DNA from: Octopus vulgaris
Taxonomy: Eukaryota
Direction: 5' to 3'
DNA length: 64,000 nucleotides
Assembly: GCA_951406725.2 (NCBI GenBank)
Contig: OX597831.1
Coordinates: forward strand, 39,432,001 to 39,496,000
The stretch's first letter is position 1. Every line of letters begins with the position of its first letter. The position numbers and the translations under genes were made by a program. Shown here piece after piece: positions 23,236 through 39,642 of this stretch. The notes under the pieces were generated by a model, which searched no databases, had not been told where the DNA came from, and saw nothing but the letters and a program-made list of their open reading frames with translations.

Positions 23236-24686
23236 TGTCTTTGTGCGCAGATGTATTTGAAACATTCAATTGTGGGTATTTGCTTTTTACGTTGTAAATC
23301 CTGACTGGATTGACGTTGCTTTCCACTCCTCCAAGGCTCGGAAAAATAAAAGTCCAATGCTAGATTTTAGTGAAATCAATTTTTTTTTTATTCATCGACA
23401 TTTTGTCAAAAATTTGCCTTCCTCTCAACAGAGGAAATAAATATTTTTGCCAACCTGTTTTCTCTATTTTCAAAGAAGTAATCTCACTCTATTTTCTAAA
23501 GAATTTTTACTGCCTTTTTATATCACGGAGGGGGGGGGTTCTTATGCGGAAACATTTCCTTTATAACAATCTTTGTTTCATCTGTTGACATCTGAAGCGT
23601 TTTTAGTCAAAACCTTCATCAGGCAATAACCCCAAGGTTTGTTGCGATTCCCACAAAATCGAATATTTTAAGGAACACACCTAATTAAAGATTTCTCTTT
23701 CCACAAAGGTAGCTGCTGCAGGTAATCTAATCCCTTGCCTTCACATCGCCCCTATTGTATTTATTTATTTATTTATTTATTCATTCATTCATTTTGTTCT
23801 CTTCAACATGAAAAGTATTTGTCTTCGGAATCTCAACACCTGCCTTAACTTTAGTTACTTGATTTCATTTGCAACTGGTTTTCATCTTTGCTGGCGTGTT
23901 TATGTATGTTGATGTATAAGCGTTAGTCGGAGTGGGACTACTGATTCGCAGTTCCTAACCTCTCTTTCTGATACAGTAAGGGTGAGATGGGCGAACCAAT
24001 TAGTCTTACGCTTTGTGTGATCTTGTAGCAGAGTGCCAAACGTTGCTTATCAATCAAGCCGCTGTTAACGCTTATTCCTTTGGGTCTGCACAAAGACACA
24101 CGGTCAATATGACCTCAAAATAGCATGAAAATCTTTAATAAAGAAAAAAAACACCAAGAAATTACTCAACGAATGAACTTTCTTTTACATGTTTCAGCAA
24201 ATAGCTGTAGAAGGACAATCTCGATAAATTTTTTAAGGTCTATACTGTTTGTGTTGCTATTTAGGCTCAAGTCACCCCTGAACGAGAAGACCAACGATCC
24301 AAGACAAACCAGTCGTAGCCACTCCCTTTTTTTCTCACATGCAAGAAACCCAGAAACATATTATCCAGTAAATCCCTTTATATTTAAATATTCTTTTCAC
24401 AAGGACCGAAATTTTTCGGGTAGTGGAGCAGTCGATTAGATGAAACCCAGTACTTAAATGGTAAATTTATCGACTGGCCCCTTCCCCACAAAGAATTTCG
24501 AGCCTTGTACGTAGAGCAGAAAAGAAAAGATGTGTCATGTTATTTAAGAGAAATTTAGAAGTTATTTCGCGCGTGTCAAACAACTGTGCAGCCCTAGAGT
24601 TTCGTGAAGACCTGGAATCGAATGCAAAACCAATAGCTTCAATATCTTATATATTAATCACATAGACATGCCGGCATCAAACTTCA

Positions 24687-24768
<82 letters not shown>

Positions 24769-25465
24769 GTGTGTGTGTACCCGAGTGGATGTATGCGTGC
24801 GTGTGTGCGTGAATATGTATATATGCATATGAGATAACTTCAACACATTCAATAAATTTTTGGTCGTTAGATGCAAGTGAAAATGAAGTAAAACTTGCTT
24901 AGCGGAATCTACAGAAGATTTGCAAATGATCTTCTATATCAGGAAACATCAAAGACACTTTTATATAAATAATATTATTAATATTCCTGGATATAGAATT
25001 CAGTGGATTACAAAAATTGTAAAGCGCCGAAGAAAACGGTAAATGCTAAACAGTAATTTTAGTACGTCTTTTGAATTCTAGTTAAAAATCCCGCCGGCGC
25101 CATTTTATCTTTCATCCTTTCGGGGACGATAGAATATTTAATCAGCTTTGGTCTTCCATAAATATTTGCAACCTGTAGTGATGTGAAAGTAGGACATCAA
25201 TTTTGCTGGTGAGAGGGCGGTGCGTTGGTGGTGGTATTGGTGGTGGTGGTGGTGGTGGTGGTGGTGGTGGTGGTGGTGGTGGTGGTGGTATATTGCAAGT
25301 AAACAAGTACAGCAAAAAAAAAATGAAATTGAAATCACGAGAAGACAAGTGATCATACGTAAGATTTCTATATGAAGTGTGTGTATGTGTGTGAGCATAT
25401 GTATGTGTGGAAGTGTCTTTATATGTATGTGTGTGTGTATGTGTGTTTATATATAAGATATACAG

Positions 25466-25516
<51 letters not shown>

Positions 25517-25523
25517 CATACAT

Positions 25524-25592
<69 letters not shown>

Positions 25593-25596
<4 letters not shown>

Positions 25597-25945
25597 CGCA
25601 GGAGTGGCTGTGTGGTAAGTGGCTTGCTTACCAACTACATGGTTCTGGGTTCAGTCCCACTGCGTGGCACCTTGAACAGGTGTCTTCTACTATAGCCTCA
25701 GGCCGACCAAAACCTTGTAAGTGAACTTGGTAGACGGAAACTGAAAGAAGCCTTTAATATATGTGTATGTGTGCTTGTGTGTCTGTGTTTGTCACCACAA
25801 CATCGCCTGACAACCGATGCTAGTGTGTTTACGTCCCCGTAACTTAGCGGTTCGGCAAAAGAGACCGATAGAATAAGTATTAGGCTTACAAAGAATAAGT
25901 CCTGCGGCCGATTTGCTCGACTAAAGGCAGTGCTCCAGCATGGCC
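25593..25945 (+). mobile_element. SINE family A
   Basis: aggcgcaggagtggctgtgtggtaag head through gctccagcatggcc. Confidence 0.9.
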
Positions 25946-26456
25946 TATATTTGTATATATATATATATATGTAAATAATTTAGAGTGTCACCAAAGGAGA
26001 TCTATAAAATAACATAGCGGTTCGCCAAAGAATATCGATAAAATATCATGGTGGTTCGCAAAATTTAATCGATAAAATAAGTTAGCTGTTCGCCAAAGGA
26101 CATCGATTAAATAACCCTCGCTTTCTCCTCTCCCATTTATAAAAAATTCGATTTCCGCGCTCAAATTACAAATTTGCTTCCACTTTACCATGTTGAAAAT
26201 TAGATTGAAATCGGGCAAAATTTGTCCAATCTAGACCCCCAAAAATCAATAAAATCCCCGTTTTCACGATAAAGCAACCACTGTAGCGCCCTAAAACGTC
26301 TCCCAATCAATTTCTCACCTCAAGTTTCCCCCTCCTGTAAATTTTAGTCCCCTTCCTGCCCCATTTTACATAATCCCCTTTTAATCCCCTTCCTGCCTCT
26401 TTTTACATAAAAATTCAATTTGTATCAACGTTCGCCTTCATTTTATAGATTAGACA

Positions 26457-26623
26457 TACCGTAAATCCTCGAGTATAGTCCGCCCTTGAGTATAATACGT
26501 AGAGGATTTTTAGGGGTCTGTACCTCTGAAAAACCTAAACCTTTTGTATAATACGCACCCCTTCTCTAACTTAACTCAAGGAGGTCTATATAACGTCCTT
26601 GGTTTGTAAAAATGTATACGGTA
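26457..26623. mobile_element. Possible Tc2/pogo-type MITE fragment
   Basis: ta|ccgtaaatcctcgagtatagtccgc-type terminus with subterminal gtataatacg repeats; a convincing second TIR is not visible. Confidence 0.4.
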
Positions 26624-26879
26624 ACGTCCTTTATTATTGCCTTCTTGCCTTCTTTATCTTTGGTATCTGTTTAATTTCATCTTTATTTATTCTCCATAAC
26701 CTGACATTGCTTTCGTCAAAATCAAATTTTCTTCCGGTGGTAATGAACCTCTTACTTCAGTTTTACAAATTTTTGGACTAATAGTCCATTTAAGAATTGG
26801 GGCGTTAAGCTCCCAAACATAATAGCATGCAATAAACATTAAACACTGAGGCTTTTCAAACTTTTGTCATTATCCCTTA

Positions 26880-27878
26880 TGACCGTATTACTGCACCATT
26901 CCCCACGCCTCATTCAAGACCAAGGCGGGATCCGAGCCGGCGTCGCCCGGCCACAAGCGATATTCCCCATTGAGTTCTCGCAGCCTACACCCCCACAGAC
27001 ACCGTTATGACCTCCACAGCTAGCTGCGGAGGCCATTCGGGATCCTGTGTGAAGGCTAAAGGTACTCCCTAATGGTACCCTTCCACCACCCCTTCTACCT
27101 CTCCGCCTCTGTAGAAGAAGACCAAAAGTTCCTCCGGGTTCGAGGTAGTCAATTCTACCGTTGGCGGCACAGTTCCCCCAGCGGAATCTCTTCCCCTACC
27201 GGTGGCACAACTCCTACCGGTAACGTTCCGGGACATTCCGGTGCTATGTCACCGACTGCCAGCAATGTCCCGTTTCTCCTCCTCTTCCTCTTTTTTCCTC
27301 TCAATTGAGGGAGGGTGCGTGTCCTTCGTGACCGGGAGATTCACCTCCTTTACCTCATCCCCAGGATCCTTCGTTGAGCACCCATTGTTGCTCATCTTCT
27401 TCCCTTGCGGCCCTTCCCTGAGGAGTCCTCCGTCTCCTCAGCCACCATCGTTCCCTCTTTTACAGAGGTCTCAGTTGACTGCTCCAGGACTCCGCCTTGC
27501 TCCCGAGGACATTTCTTCTTTATATGGCCGGGCTCCAGGTACTGATGACACCTGCGGGGGTGGGAGCGACCCTCAAGAATCACCGGGTACCTGCACCCGG
27601 TCATTTTCAAAGTATCTGGCATAACTAGACTCATGGCTGATTGGGTCCACAGGGTCAAAACAGCTTTTGACCCAACCCAGTCAGCCGCAGGAAGAATTTT
27701 CACATTGAGGAGCTTGGCTCCGCTGCCACCCAGATCCCGACGGGTTTCTATTTTCAATGGTAACGCTTCAAAATGCGATGGATGTTTGATCTTTTTTAAT
27801 TCTGTCTTCGACTGTAATCACAGCCCACCCGACCTCTTCAGAATAAATTTGGTTGACAGGAATTGTATGGAATGTGCC
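26880..27878 (-). pseudogene. Degenerate non-LTR retrotransposon ORF1 (Tx1/L1-type, gag-like zinc knuckle)
   Basis: GC-rich block; ORF 27392-27757 contains VILEGR...RCHQYLEPGHIKKKCP, a CX2CX4HX4C knuckle with one C>Y, followed by a K/E-rich low-complexity tail. Confidence 0.7.
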
Positions 27879-28555
27879 TGATGTGTGTGTGTGTCTGTCT
27901 ATCTGTGTGCGCGCGTGTATGACTGCGTGTGCGTGTGTGTGTGTGTGTGTCTTTGTCTGTGTCTGTCTGACTGTCAGTGTGGGCACGCGTATGACTGTGT
28001 GCGTGTGTGTGTGTGTGTCTGTCTGTGTCTGTGTCTGTGTGCGCGCTTGTATGACTGTGTGTACCTGTGTGTATGCGTGTTTCTGTGTATTGGTGCGTTT
28101 ATTATTGCTGCTGTTGCTGCTGCGACCACCATCACCAACACCACCACCGCCACCACCACCACCATCACCAACACCACTACCGCCACCACCACCACCATCA
28201 CTACAACTACTTAGTTCTAAACCAAACTAATAAGAACTGGTGTGATTTGAATGCATCTGGAAGCCTCATATTATTTCGCTACTCACCGGTTTTGTTTTCG
28301 GTTGTACCTTTGCCCTTCCGTACATCCATTTGCCATATTTGTGCCAGTTTATTTTAATTCTTATTTAAATTCATGTCTAAAAAGACCGGCAGGAAGCCAA
28401 TTTGTTCTTGGAAAAATCAGAAAAGAAATATTTTATACTTTAGTAACAATAAAAAGAGTTGATTTACTCGAGAGAATATTTCAATGGCTTAATAAAGATC
28501 AATTTATCTACTGTCTCGCCATTTTGTTGATTAATTTTTATGATCTGTGTGGTTT

Positions 28556-28794
28556 TCTCTTTTACTCTTCACTCTTTTACTTGCTTCAGTCATTTGACTG
28601 TGGTCATGCTGGAGCACCGCCTTTAGTCGAGCAAATCGACCCCAGGCCAGGACTTTATTCTTTGTAAGCCTAGTACTTGTTCTATCGGTGTCTTTTTCCG
28701 AACCACTAAGTTACAGGGACGTAGTCACACCAGCATCGGTTGTCAAGCGGTGTTGGGGGGGGGGGGGGTTACAAACACAGACACGCAAACATAT

Positions 28795-28845
<51 letters not shown>

Positions 28846-29375
28846 TACGGCAGGCTTCTTTCAGTTTCCGTCCACTATATCCACTCACAAGGCTTTGGTC
28901 AGCCCGAGGCTACAGTAGAAGACACTTGCTCAAGGTGCCACGCAGTGGGACTGAACACGGAACGATGTAGTTCGCAAGCAAGCTACTTACCACAGCCACT
29001 CTTTGCTTACGAACCACATGGTTCCGGGTTCAGTCCCACTGCGTGGCACCTTGGGCAAGTGTCTTCTACTATAGCCTCGGACCGACCAAAGCCTTGTGAG
29101 TGGATTTGGTAGTCGGAAACTGAAAGAAACCCGTCGTATATATGTATATATATATGTGTGTGTTTGTGTGTCTGTGTTTGTCCCCACAACATCGCTTGAC
29201 AACCGATGTTGGTGTGTTTACGTCCCCGTAACTTAGCGGTTCGGCAAAAGAGACCGATGGAATGAGTACTAGGCTTACAAAGAATAAGTCCTCGGGTCGA
29301 TTTGCTCGACTACAGGCGTTGCTCCAGCATGGCCACAGTGAAATGACTGAAACAAGTAAAAGAGTAAAAGAGTAA
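28556..29375. mobile_element. Head-to-head inverted pair of SINE A copies
   Basis: 28556-29001 (- sense) abuts 29003-29375 (+ sense); about 22 nt unpaired at 28981-29002. Confidence 0.9.
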
Positions 29376-30130
29376 TACTTTAATTACAAAGATTATTAAT
29401 CAATATTCAGAAGGAAGCAAACTGGTAGAACCGTTAGCACGCCGGACAAAATGCATAACGGCATTTCGTTCGTCGTTGCGTTCTGCGTTCAAAGGCCTCC
29501 GAAGTTGACTTTGCCTTTCATCTTTTCGGAGTCAATGAAATAAGTATGAGTTGAGTACCGGAGTCGATGCAAGCGATTAGCCTCCCTCCTCTAAAACTTC
29601 TAGCCTTCTTCCTACAGCAGAAAGGGTTTTGAAATTAGTGTCGTTTCACTGAATTGCAAACGCAACATGAAAGAGCGAAAGGGAAAACAGTAGGAGTAGC
29701 GTACATTTTTACGAGTCTCTTTTTTTTTTTTTTTAAGCTTTTCGGTTTTGTATCATTTCTCATCAACGTAAAAACCCAAAAAGGCTGTAATTCTAGATGA
29801 GAACTCCCTGTGTCTCTCTATCATGTTCACACTGTATCTATCTGGGTATCCCTATTGTTTTACTTTATTACCTAACTTTCTTACATTTCCTTTAACTGTC
29901 TATCTTTTTTACACCCTACCGCTTTGTCTCTCTGTTTTACACTCTAGCTTTCTATCTCTTTGACACTCCATTTATCTGTCTATCTATTTCACACTGTATC
30001 TATCTATTTCCATTCTATCTATCGAACTTTTTCACACTCTAGCCATCTATCTATCTCTTTCACACTCACTGTCGTTGCCTTTCTTTGTCTCTCTACATAA
30101 TTGCCTATTTCATTTACATTCACACTCCAG

Positions 30131-30221
<91 letters not shown>

Positions 30222-30534
30222 ACATTCTAGCAACCTGTCTGTCTCTTTTACACTGTCGTATTTCGCTATATTTTAGTTTAATTTCTATTTTTATTTCAAC
30301 AGTATGAATTTTACAGTAAAGGTGTGTATATATCTACATGTTTTGCCAGTGTACATAAATATATTTATGCATGTGTGTGTGTATATCTGTTTCAGACACT
30401 TTTTCTATCTACCTGTCTACCTGTATTTAATATATTTTAGTCTAACTTCTATTTTTATTTCGACAGTTTCAATTTTACAGTATAAATATGTGTATGTCTG
30501 TATGTTTTGCTAGACTACATAAATATATTTATGC

Positions 30535-30594
<60 letters not shown>

Positions 30595-30770
30595 CAGTTT
30601 CAGTCTCCTTGTCTACCTTGATATATTTTAGTTTAACATCTTACTTTTACTGTTTGAATTTTATATGTATGCCATATTTCTTTTGAGCAAATGTAGCTTG
30701 CTGACGAAATTATTTATCTGAAAAATTAAAAGTACTGGGTATTTCTTATCTCAATAGTCTTGAAGTCAAA

Positions 30771-31178
30771 GGCAGCGATAGCTGGCAGAAACGTTAGCAC
30801 GCCGGGCGAAATGCTTAACTGCATTTCGTCCGTCTTTAAGTTCTGAGTTCAAGTTCCGCCGAGGCCGACTTTGCCTTTCATCCTTTGGGGGTCAATTAAA
30901 TAAGTACCAGTTACGCACTGGGGTCGATATAATCGACTTAATCCGTTTGTCTGTCCTTGTTTGTCCTCTCTGTCATTAGCCCCTTGTGGGTAGTAAAGAA
31001 ATAGGTACTTCCTCTAGCCGTTACGTTCTGAGTTCAAATTCCGCCGAGGTTGACTTTGCCTTTCATCCTTTCGTGGTCAATAAAATTAAGTACCAGTTGC
31101 TTACTGGGGTCGATCTAACCGATTGCTCCCCCCCTCCTCCCACAAAATTTCGGACCTTGTGCCAAGAGCAGAAAAAAC
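30771..31178 (+). mobile_element. SINE family B dimer (tail-2 unit + tail-1 unit)
   Basis: Junction aagaaata|ggtacttc at 31003/31004; TSD agtcttgaagtc at 30756-30767 and 31179-31190. Confidence 0.92.
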
Positions 31179-31594
31179 AGTCTTGAAGTCGCTTCATGTA
31201 GCTTATCAAGGAAACTTCCCTAGCCTTTCTGTAGAACTAGCGTAGGTCTTGGTTCAGTTCGAAAGTCCACTGGTATTTTCCTCAATGGTTCCGCTATCTG
31301 CGATAGTTAACTCTGGTTTCTTTCGTCACCATTGTAAATGTATAGTGATTTTCCGGGTGGAATGGTTGTCATTGCTATGATCTTTTTAAAAAAGGTTGTT
31401 TCTAAGCATTTGCTCATAGAAGATACGAATTTCTTTTACCAAGCTTGCATTAAACACAAAAATTATTAGGGATAGTATTCATTTATCCAGAGGAAGGAAA
31501 AGTCCTCTATGACAAAATGTCTGTATACGATGTCATAATGAATATGCTTGCATGTATGTATGTATGTATGTATGTATGTATGTATGTATGTATG

Positions 31595-31622
<28 letters not shown>

Positions 31623-31627
<5 letters not shown>

Positions 31628-31830
31628 GCAGTAACAGCATTGTAACTACACACGTGCTGTTGGTGATTTTTTTCCTTCTTTGGGCCTTTCCTTTTTTCGT
31701 CTTCCCTTCCGACGAAGAGTTATGCTCGAAACGTCAAAACCTATTTCTTGTTAACAAGCGTCAAACTAATGCATTCTATGTGCACGTCCTTTTGTAAATG
31801 TTCGTTTATTCAATTTGACCATAAGTATAT
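31623..31830 (+). mobile_element. Probable Penelope-like terminal remnant in (TATG)n, with degenerate hammerhead motif
   Basis: CCGACGA-a-GAGT(tat)GCTC-GAAAC-GTC at 31709-31735; flanked by TATG-type repeats. Confidence 0.4.
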
Positions 31831-32065
31831 GTATATGTATGTATGTAAATTATGCATGTATGTACGTATGTGTGTATGTATGTATATGTGTTTGTGTATC
31901 TATGTATATTTGTTTGTTGGTTTATTTATTTGTTTTTGTTGATTTTTTTTTCTTGTATGTTTGACCCGGGTACGACTTTAAACTGCATCCTGTAGCGGAG
32001 GCCTGATTCAGGAGTTCCAGAGATTTGAGGACAGTCGAACCACCTCTTTAGTCTTTATCGTTCCG

Positions 32066-32315
32066 TGGAGGTGCGTGGCTTACTGGTTAGCATGTTAGAC
32101 TCATGATCGTAAGATTGTAGTTTCAATTCTTGGACTGGGCAACCCGTTGTGTTCTTGAACAAAATACTTTTCACGTTACTCCAGTCCACCTCTGTTGACA
32201 AAAATGAATTACCCTGCGACGGACCGGCGTCCTGGCCAAGGAGGGGAATATATATGTGTTATGAAACCAGAAAACCGGCCCTTATGAGTCGGTATGACTC
32301 GAAAAGGTAACATTA
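32066..32315 (+). mobile_element. SINE family C (alternative tail)
   Basis: ggaggtgcgtggcttactggttag head, gttgtgttcttgaacaaaatacttt, tail ...ctgcgacggaccggcgtcc...aaaccggcccttatgag. Confidence 0.8.
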
Positions 32316-32519
32316 CCTTGCCTTTACCTCTATTGTTCCCAAATCTAATCTGTCCAGTTGTAGTAGTACCTGCCAGGGTCCAGGCTATGGGTCAACTAGC
32401 ATATATAACAATACATCTGAGCGCAGGGACGCAGAAATACCTTTTGTTGGTGTCAGGGCGTGCAGTAAAACCACCGGAAATGCGGGATCCCTAGCTGTTG
32501 TCACAGCATCCTTCTAGGA

Positions 32520-32669
32520 CAGTGTTCCCCTTCCGGTATGCCGCAGCACACTGGTGTGCCGCAGGGTAACCTGAATATAATTATTTTCCCTATACTTTTA
32601 GATATATTTTTTTAGTTCAGGTGTGCCGCCGAATTTTGAAAAGAATATAATTGTACCACAAGTGAAAAA

Positions 32670-32687
<18 letters not shown>
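32520..32687. mobile_element. hAT (Charlie-type) MITE
   Basis: CAGTGTTCCCC ... GGTTGAACAGCACTG termini, gtgtgccgc subterminal repeats, 8-bp TSD ttctagga (32512-32519) / ttctaaga (32688-32695). Confidence 0.82.
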
Positions 32688-34078
<1,391 letters not shown>

Positions 34079-34313
34079 GTGTATGTATGCTTCTAAAGAT
34101 ATTTATGTGCACGGATATGTAACTAGATTACCTATTGGTTTTTGGTGCAGAATGCGCACTTTATATCACGAGCGGGGAGACAAATCCCCACCATCTCCAG
34201 CGCTAACATCACCGTCATATCACCTCATTTCGACCTTCCTTGGTTTCGTCAATGATGTACGCTTGACTGCTAGAGATAACAGCGAATTATCTCACCGGCA
34301 GCGATATATAGAA

Positions 34314-34713
34314 GGCAGCGAGCTGGCAGAATCGTTAGCGCGCCGGGCGAAATGCTTAGCGGTATTTCGTCTGTCGTTACGTTGAGTTCAAATTCCGCCG
34401 GGGTCGACTTTGCATTTCATCCTTTCGGGGCCGATAAATTAAGTACCAGTTTCGCACTGGGGTCGATGTAATTGACTTAATCCATTTGTCTGTCCTTGTT
34501 TGTCCCCTCTGTGTTTAGCCCCTTGTGAGTAATAAAGAAATAGGTATTTCGTCTGTCGTTACGTTCTGAGTTCAAATTCCGCCGAGGTCGACTTTGCCTT
34601 TCATCCTTTCGGGGTCGATAAATTAAGTACCAGTTTCGCACTGGGGTCGATGTAATCCATTTGTCCTTGTTTGTCCCCTCTATGTGTAGCCCCCTGTGAG
34701 TAGTAAAGAAATA
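34314..34713 (+). mobile_element. SINE family B dimer
   Basis: Junction aagaaata|ggtatttcg at 34542/34543; TSD gatatatagaa at 34303-34313 and 34714-34724. Confidence 0.92.
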
Positions 34714-35104
34714 GATATATAGAAAGACAGTGCCAAAACAGGCGCTGGTATCGCGATTAGCCAATGAGCTTGAGAGGCAGAATTGATAACAAAAGGTAAT
34801 GTTAAGAATTTCAATCATAAATTTCAATAACTGAACTGGGAATTGAAACCCTTTACTGCATTTGTAAACGCTTCACGTTCTCTTGTGGCTTTAATCTCTG
34901 TAGTGCAAGAAGAGATGTGAAATAAATGTTTTCCAAACAGAAATATTTAAAGCTATGTATGGGCTTCGGTTGACTATGTACAACGCATCTTATGCTTCTC
35001 AAGAGAGAACAAACACGATGAGAAGTTGAGACGCTCATATATTTTATATTTACCAAAGGTATAATGATTTAATTACAAAGAAATGATAGCCAACTAAGAT
35101 TTGC

Positions 35105-35905
<801 letters not shown>

Positions 35906-36553
35906 ATGACGCCACATAAAACATTGCATCAGTCGAATTTATTACTCGTCCGTATCCTTGGGGTTTAATTTTGTTCAAATGCCTTATATGAAGGTGTGAT
36001 ATATTCTGCTGTGTTTCGGCTTAAGTAGGACATTAATAGCTTGACCTGCTAGTGCTAAATAACAAACAAATTATCTATCAAACAGGCGATATAATTGCGG
36101 AGGTTTCTGAAGAGCTTAGTTACAAAGTATACAAAACATTTATATACGGACTTTGAGAAGGAAAGCAATTCAAATGAAATAAAACATGAAGTAATGATGA
36201 GTAACGCAGTTTTGTCTCAGAATATTACAACTCGTTTATTTTCATTTTTTTTTTTTTTGCGTTGTGTTTTTTTTTATCCAAGGTCAAATTTGTTAACCAA
36301 TGATTTGGATATTGTTCTTTTTTTTTTTTCGTTGTTCTTTTATACTTGTATTTGTTTCAGTCGTTTGACTGCGTCCATGCTGGAGCAGCGCATGTAGTCG
36401 AACAAATCGACTCCCAGGACTTATTGTTTATAATCTTAGTACTTATTTCATCGGTCTCCTTTTGCCGAACCGCCCAATTACGGAGCGATAAACATACCCA
36501 CCAGCATCGGTTGTCAAGCTATGATGCGTGGGGAGACAAACACACACAGAAGC

Positions 36554-36604
<51 letters not shown>

Positions 36605-37014
36605 AATAATACAGTGATTGTTTCTTATCAGGAACAAAATGTTTAATAGGACTGCTATAGAAGTGATTAATTGAATGAGACAAATATATCAAACTATAGT
36701 TGCAGAACAAACAAATACAGGGTCATCCACGTAACATTTCATATCTCGAACATTTAATCATAGAATATACATGTATAACATCACGGAAGATGAAACAACT
36801 CATCTGTACAAGCATATAAGAAAGTGCGAGAAAAATGTGTGAATACAGTTCATCACGGTTACAAGTTAATACTTTAGCGAAAGGGAACTGATAAAATAAG
36901 TACTAGGCTTTGAAACAAAATAAGTTCTGACGATTTCTTTGGTTAAAACCCTTCAACGCGGTGCTCCAGCATGGCCGCAGCCAAATGTCTGAAAGTAGTA
37001 AAAGTATAAAAGAA

Positions 37015-37108
<94 letters not shown>

Positions 37109-37294
37109 TATGTATGTATGTATGTATTATTTATAACCACATTCGCCCACAAAGACATTAGTCGGCCCAAGACTATAGCAGAAAAGACATTTAACCAAGT
37201 TACCACGTGGCAGGACTGGGCCCAAAACTACATGGATACAAGCGAGTTTCTGTACAGCCAAGTCAGCGCCTATGTGTGGGTCTAAAAATATTGT

Positions 37295-37577
37295 TTGCCA
37301 GGAGACTAAGGGGGGCCACCTGCAACTACAAGGGGGCCCACCTGCAACTACAATGCTATATTTTTTTATTATTATTATTAAAAGTATTCTTTTCAACTGT
37401 CTACAAATACAGCCAAGCTGAAATAGTTAATGCATTCTTCCAGGAGTGAATAAAAAATTCTCAAACTTATGGGGATGGGCCCCTTAGATACTAACAAGGG
37501 CCCCCATATATGTATTCTAATGGCGCAGGGGCTCATGTGACATCGGGCAAACTGGCAACCTGGCCAGTCCGCCACTG
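37295..37577. mobile_element. Truncated hAT-like MITE (one terminus)
   Basis: Ends ggccagtccgccactg (CAGTGGCGGACTGG on minus), several gggccc motifs, internal ~20-bp tandem duplication; left TIR not seen. Confidence 0.4.
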
Positions 37578-37861
37578 CGTATAAGTATTCAACGTCTTAT
37601 CAAATTCCTTGTTCAGTTAATGTCAAGGCTTATTCTGCTGGTGATATTAAAATCTGAAGTCATGCTGTTTTGTTATTGCTTTATATCGTGATACAGAAGC
37701 AAGCTTGGGGCATAAAGAGATCACACGCGTAGATCGTAGCGGGCGAAGTTCGTCTGTCACAGATGGCGGAACTCCCGAACCATGTGATTTCATTCTACTG
37801 GAAATCATCAATACTGTATATATGTAATGTGTGTGTGTGTATTGACAATGATATATGTTCA

Positions 37862-37911
37862 GTGACGACGACGACGATTGTGATGGTGATTGAGAAGACG
37901 ACGACGACGAC

Positions 37912-37961
<50 letters not shown>

Positions 37962-39585
37962 CGACGGCGACGACGACGACGACGATAGTGATGATGATGA
38001 TGACGAAGATGGTGGTGATGCTGATGATGACGAGGAGGTGGAGGATCACGATGAAGAGGAGAAAGGAAGCGGGAGGGGGAGGAGGAGGAGGATGTAGGCG
38101 ATGGTAGAGGGTGGAGGAGAAGGGCAGCAGGTGGAGGAGAAGGGCAGCAGGTGGAGGAGAAGGGCAGCAGGTGGAGGAGGAGAGAAGGGGGAGAGGCGAT
38201 GGGGAGGAGGAGAGGCGGAGGAGAGGCGAGGCGGAGGGGGAGAAGGGGAGGAGGAGGAGGAGGAGGAGGAGGAAAGAGCGAAGGGAAGGAGGAAAAGGGG
38301 AGGAGGGGCAGAAGAGGAAGGAGAAGGAGGTTGATGATGACGATGATGATAGCCCGACTCGATCAGATCTCGTTTGAAGCCTTGCTACTAACAAGTAATA
38401 ACACTTCCAACCAAAGTGAGCCGCGTGGAATACAGGAGGAGAGAAACCATGAACGAGCGTAAGCAGTCGGGTCGGTGAGGGCTACAATGAGTTTCATCGC
38501 CAGCACAGCGCCGTGCCATACTTAGGACAAAACTCGGACACAATGATCGCCTTCTCTCTCTCTCACTTAGCTTCCTTCATTTTCTCTCTCTATCTATTTC
38601 TCTCTTTCTATCTCTTTCTCTTTCTTTCTCTCTGTCCTCTCTCTCTCTCTCTCTTTCTCTGTCACTTAGCTTCTCTCATTCTTTCCTCTTCCCTCTCCCT
38701 CTGTCTCCCACGTTCTCTTTCTTGCTACTACAATCTCTTTACACCCTTTCTGTCTCTCTGCCTCTCTTTCTCTCTTTTCCTCTCAGTCTCTCTTTCTCTC
38801 TCAGTCTCTCTCTCTCTCTGTCGCTCTCTCTCAGTCTCTCTCTCTTTCTCTCTCTTTTGTGTTCCCAGTCTCTCAGTCGAATTCTTTCTCCCCATCTCTT
38901 CTCCCTTTCTCTCTACCCTTTCATTCTCTCTCACTCTCTCACTCCCTTTCCTTCTCACTTTCTCACTCCCTCCCTCTGTCCCTTTCTCTCTCTCTCTCTC
39001 TCTCTCACACTCTCCTTCTTTCTCTCTCTCTCCTCTTCTTCTCTCTCTCACATTCTCCCTCTTTCTCTCCCGCTCTCTCTCTCTCTCCCCTTCTCTCTCT
39101 CCGCCACCTTGTCAAGTTACCTTGTAACCCACGACGCATTGTAGCTCTAAGAAACGTAACAGAAATGAGATGCCTATATGGAGAGTAAATCGGAAAACCT
39201 GTCATTATTGATATAATCATGTCCCCGACATCCCGCTATCAATTTACCATTTGAACAACATTTCAAACACAAAATATATAAAATATAAAATATATAATAT
39301 ATAATATAAAATAGAAAAGTAAAATATTATTTGAATGATTGTATTGTTTTGTCATAAAATCAATGGCGGATAGCCCTGGGTTAAAGCAGATATAAAATGA
39401 ATTCAAAATCGCTTTCTATTCTTTGAATATCTCTATCTTTTTCTGAATTTCCGAATTTCCTACCATACTACCAGTCTCTGTCTTTTGTCCTCTCTCTTGT
39501 TCTCTCTGTCTATTTCTCTGTCTATATATTTATAAAGCAATCTATCTCTGTTTCACTGTCTATCTATCTATCTATCTCTGTTTCA

Positions 39586-39642
<57 letters not shown>

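Noticed and set aside
23585-23630. Fourth hammerhead motif (ctgatgaagg on minus strand)
   Set aside because: GAAA core is broken and no stem I partner is found
37763-38462. Gly/Glu/Arg-rich coding exon
   Set aside because: (GAT)n and (GGA)n low complexity; no recognisable domain
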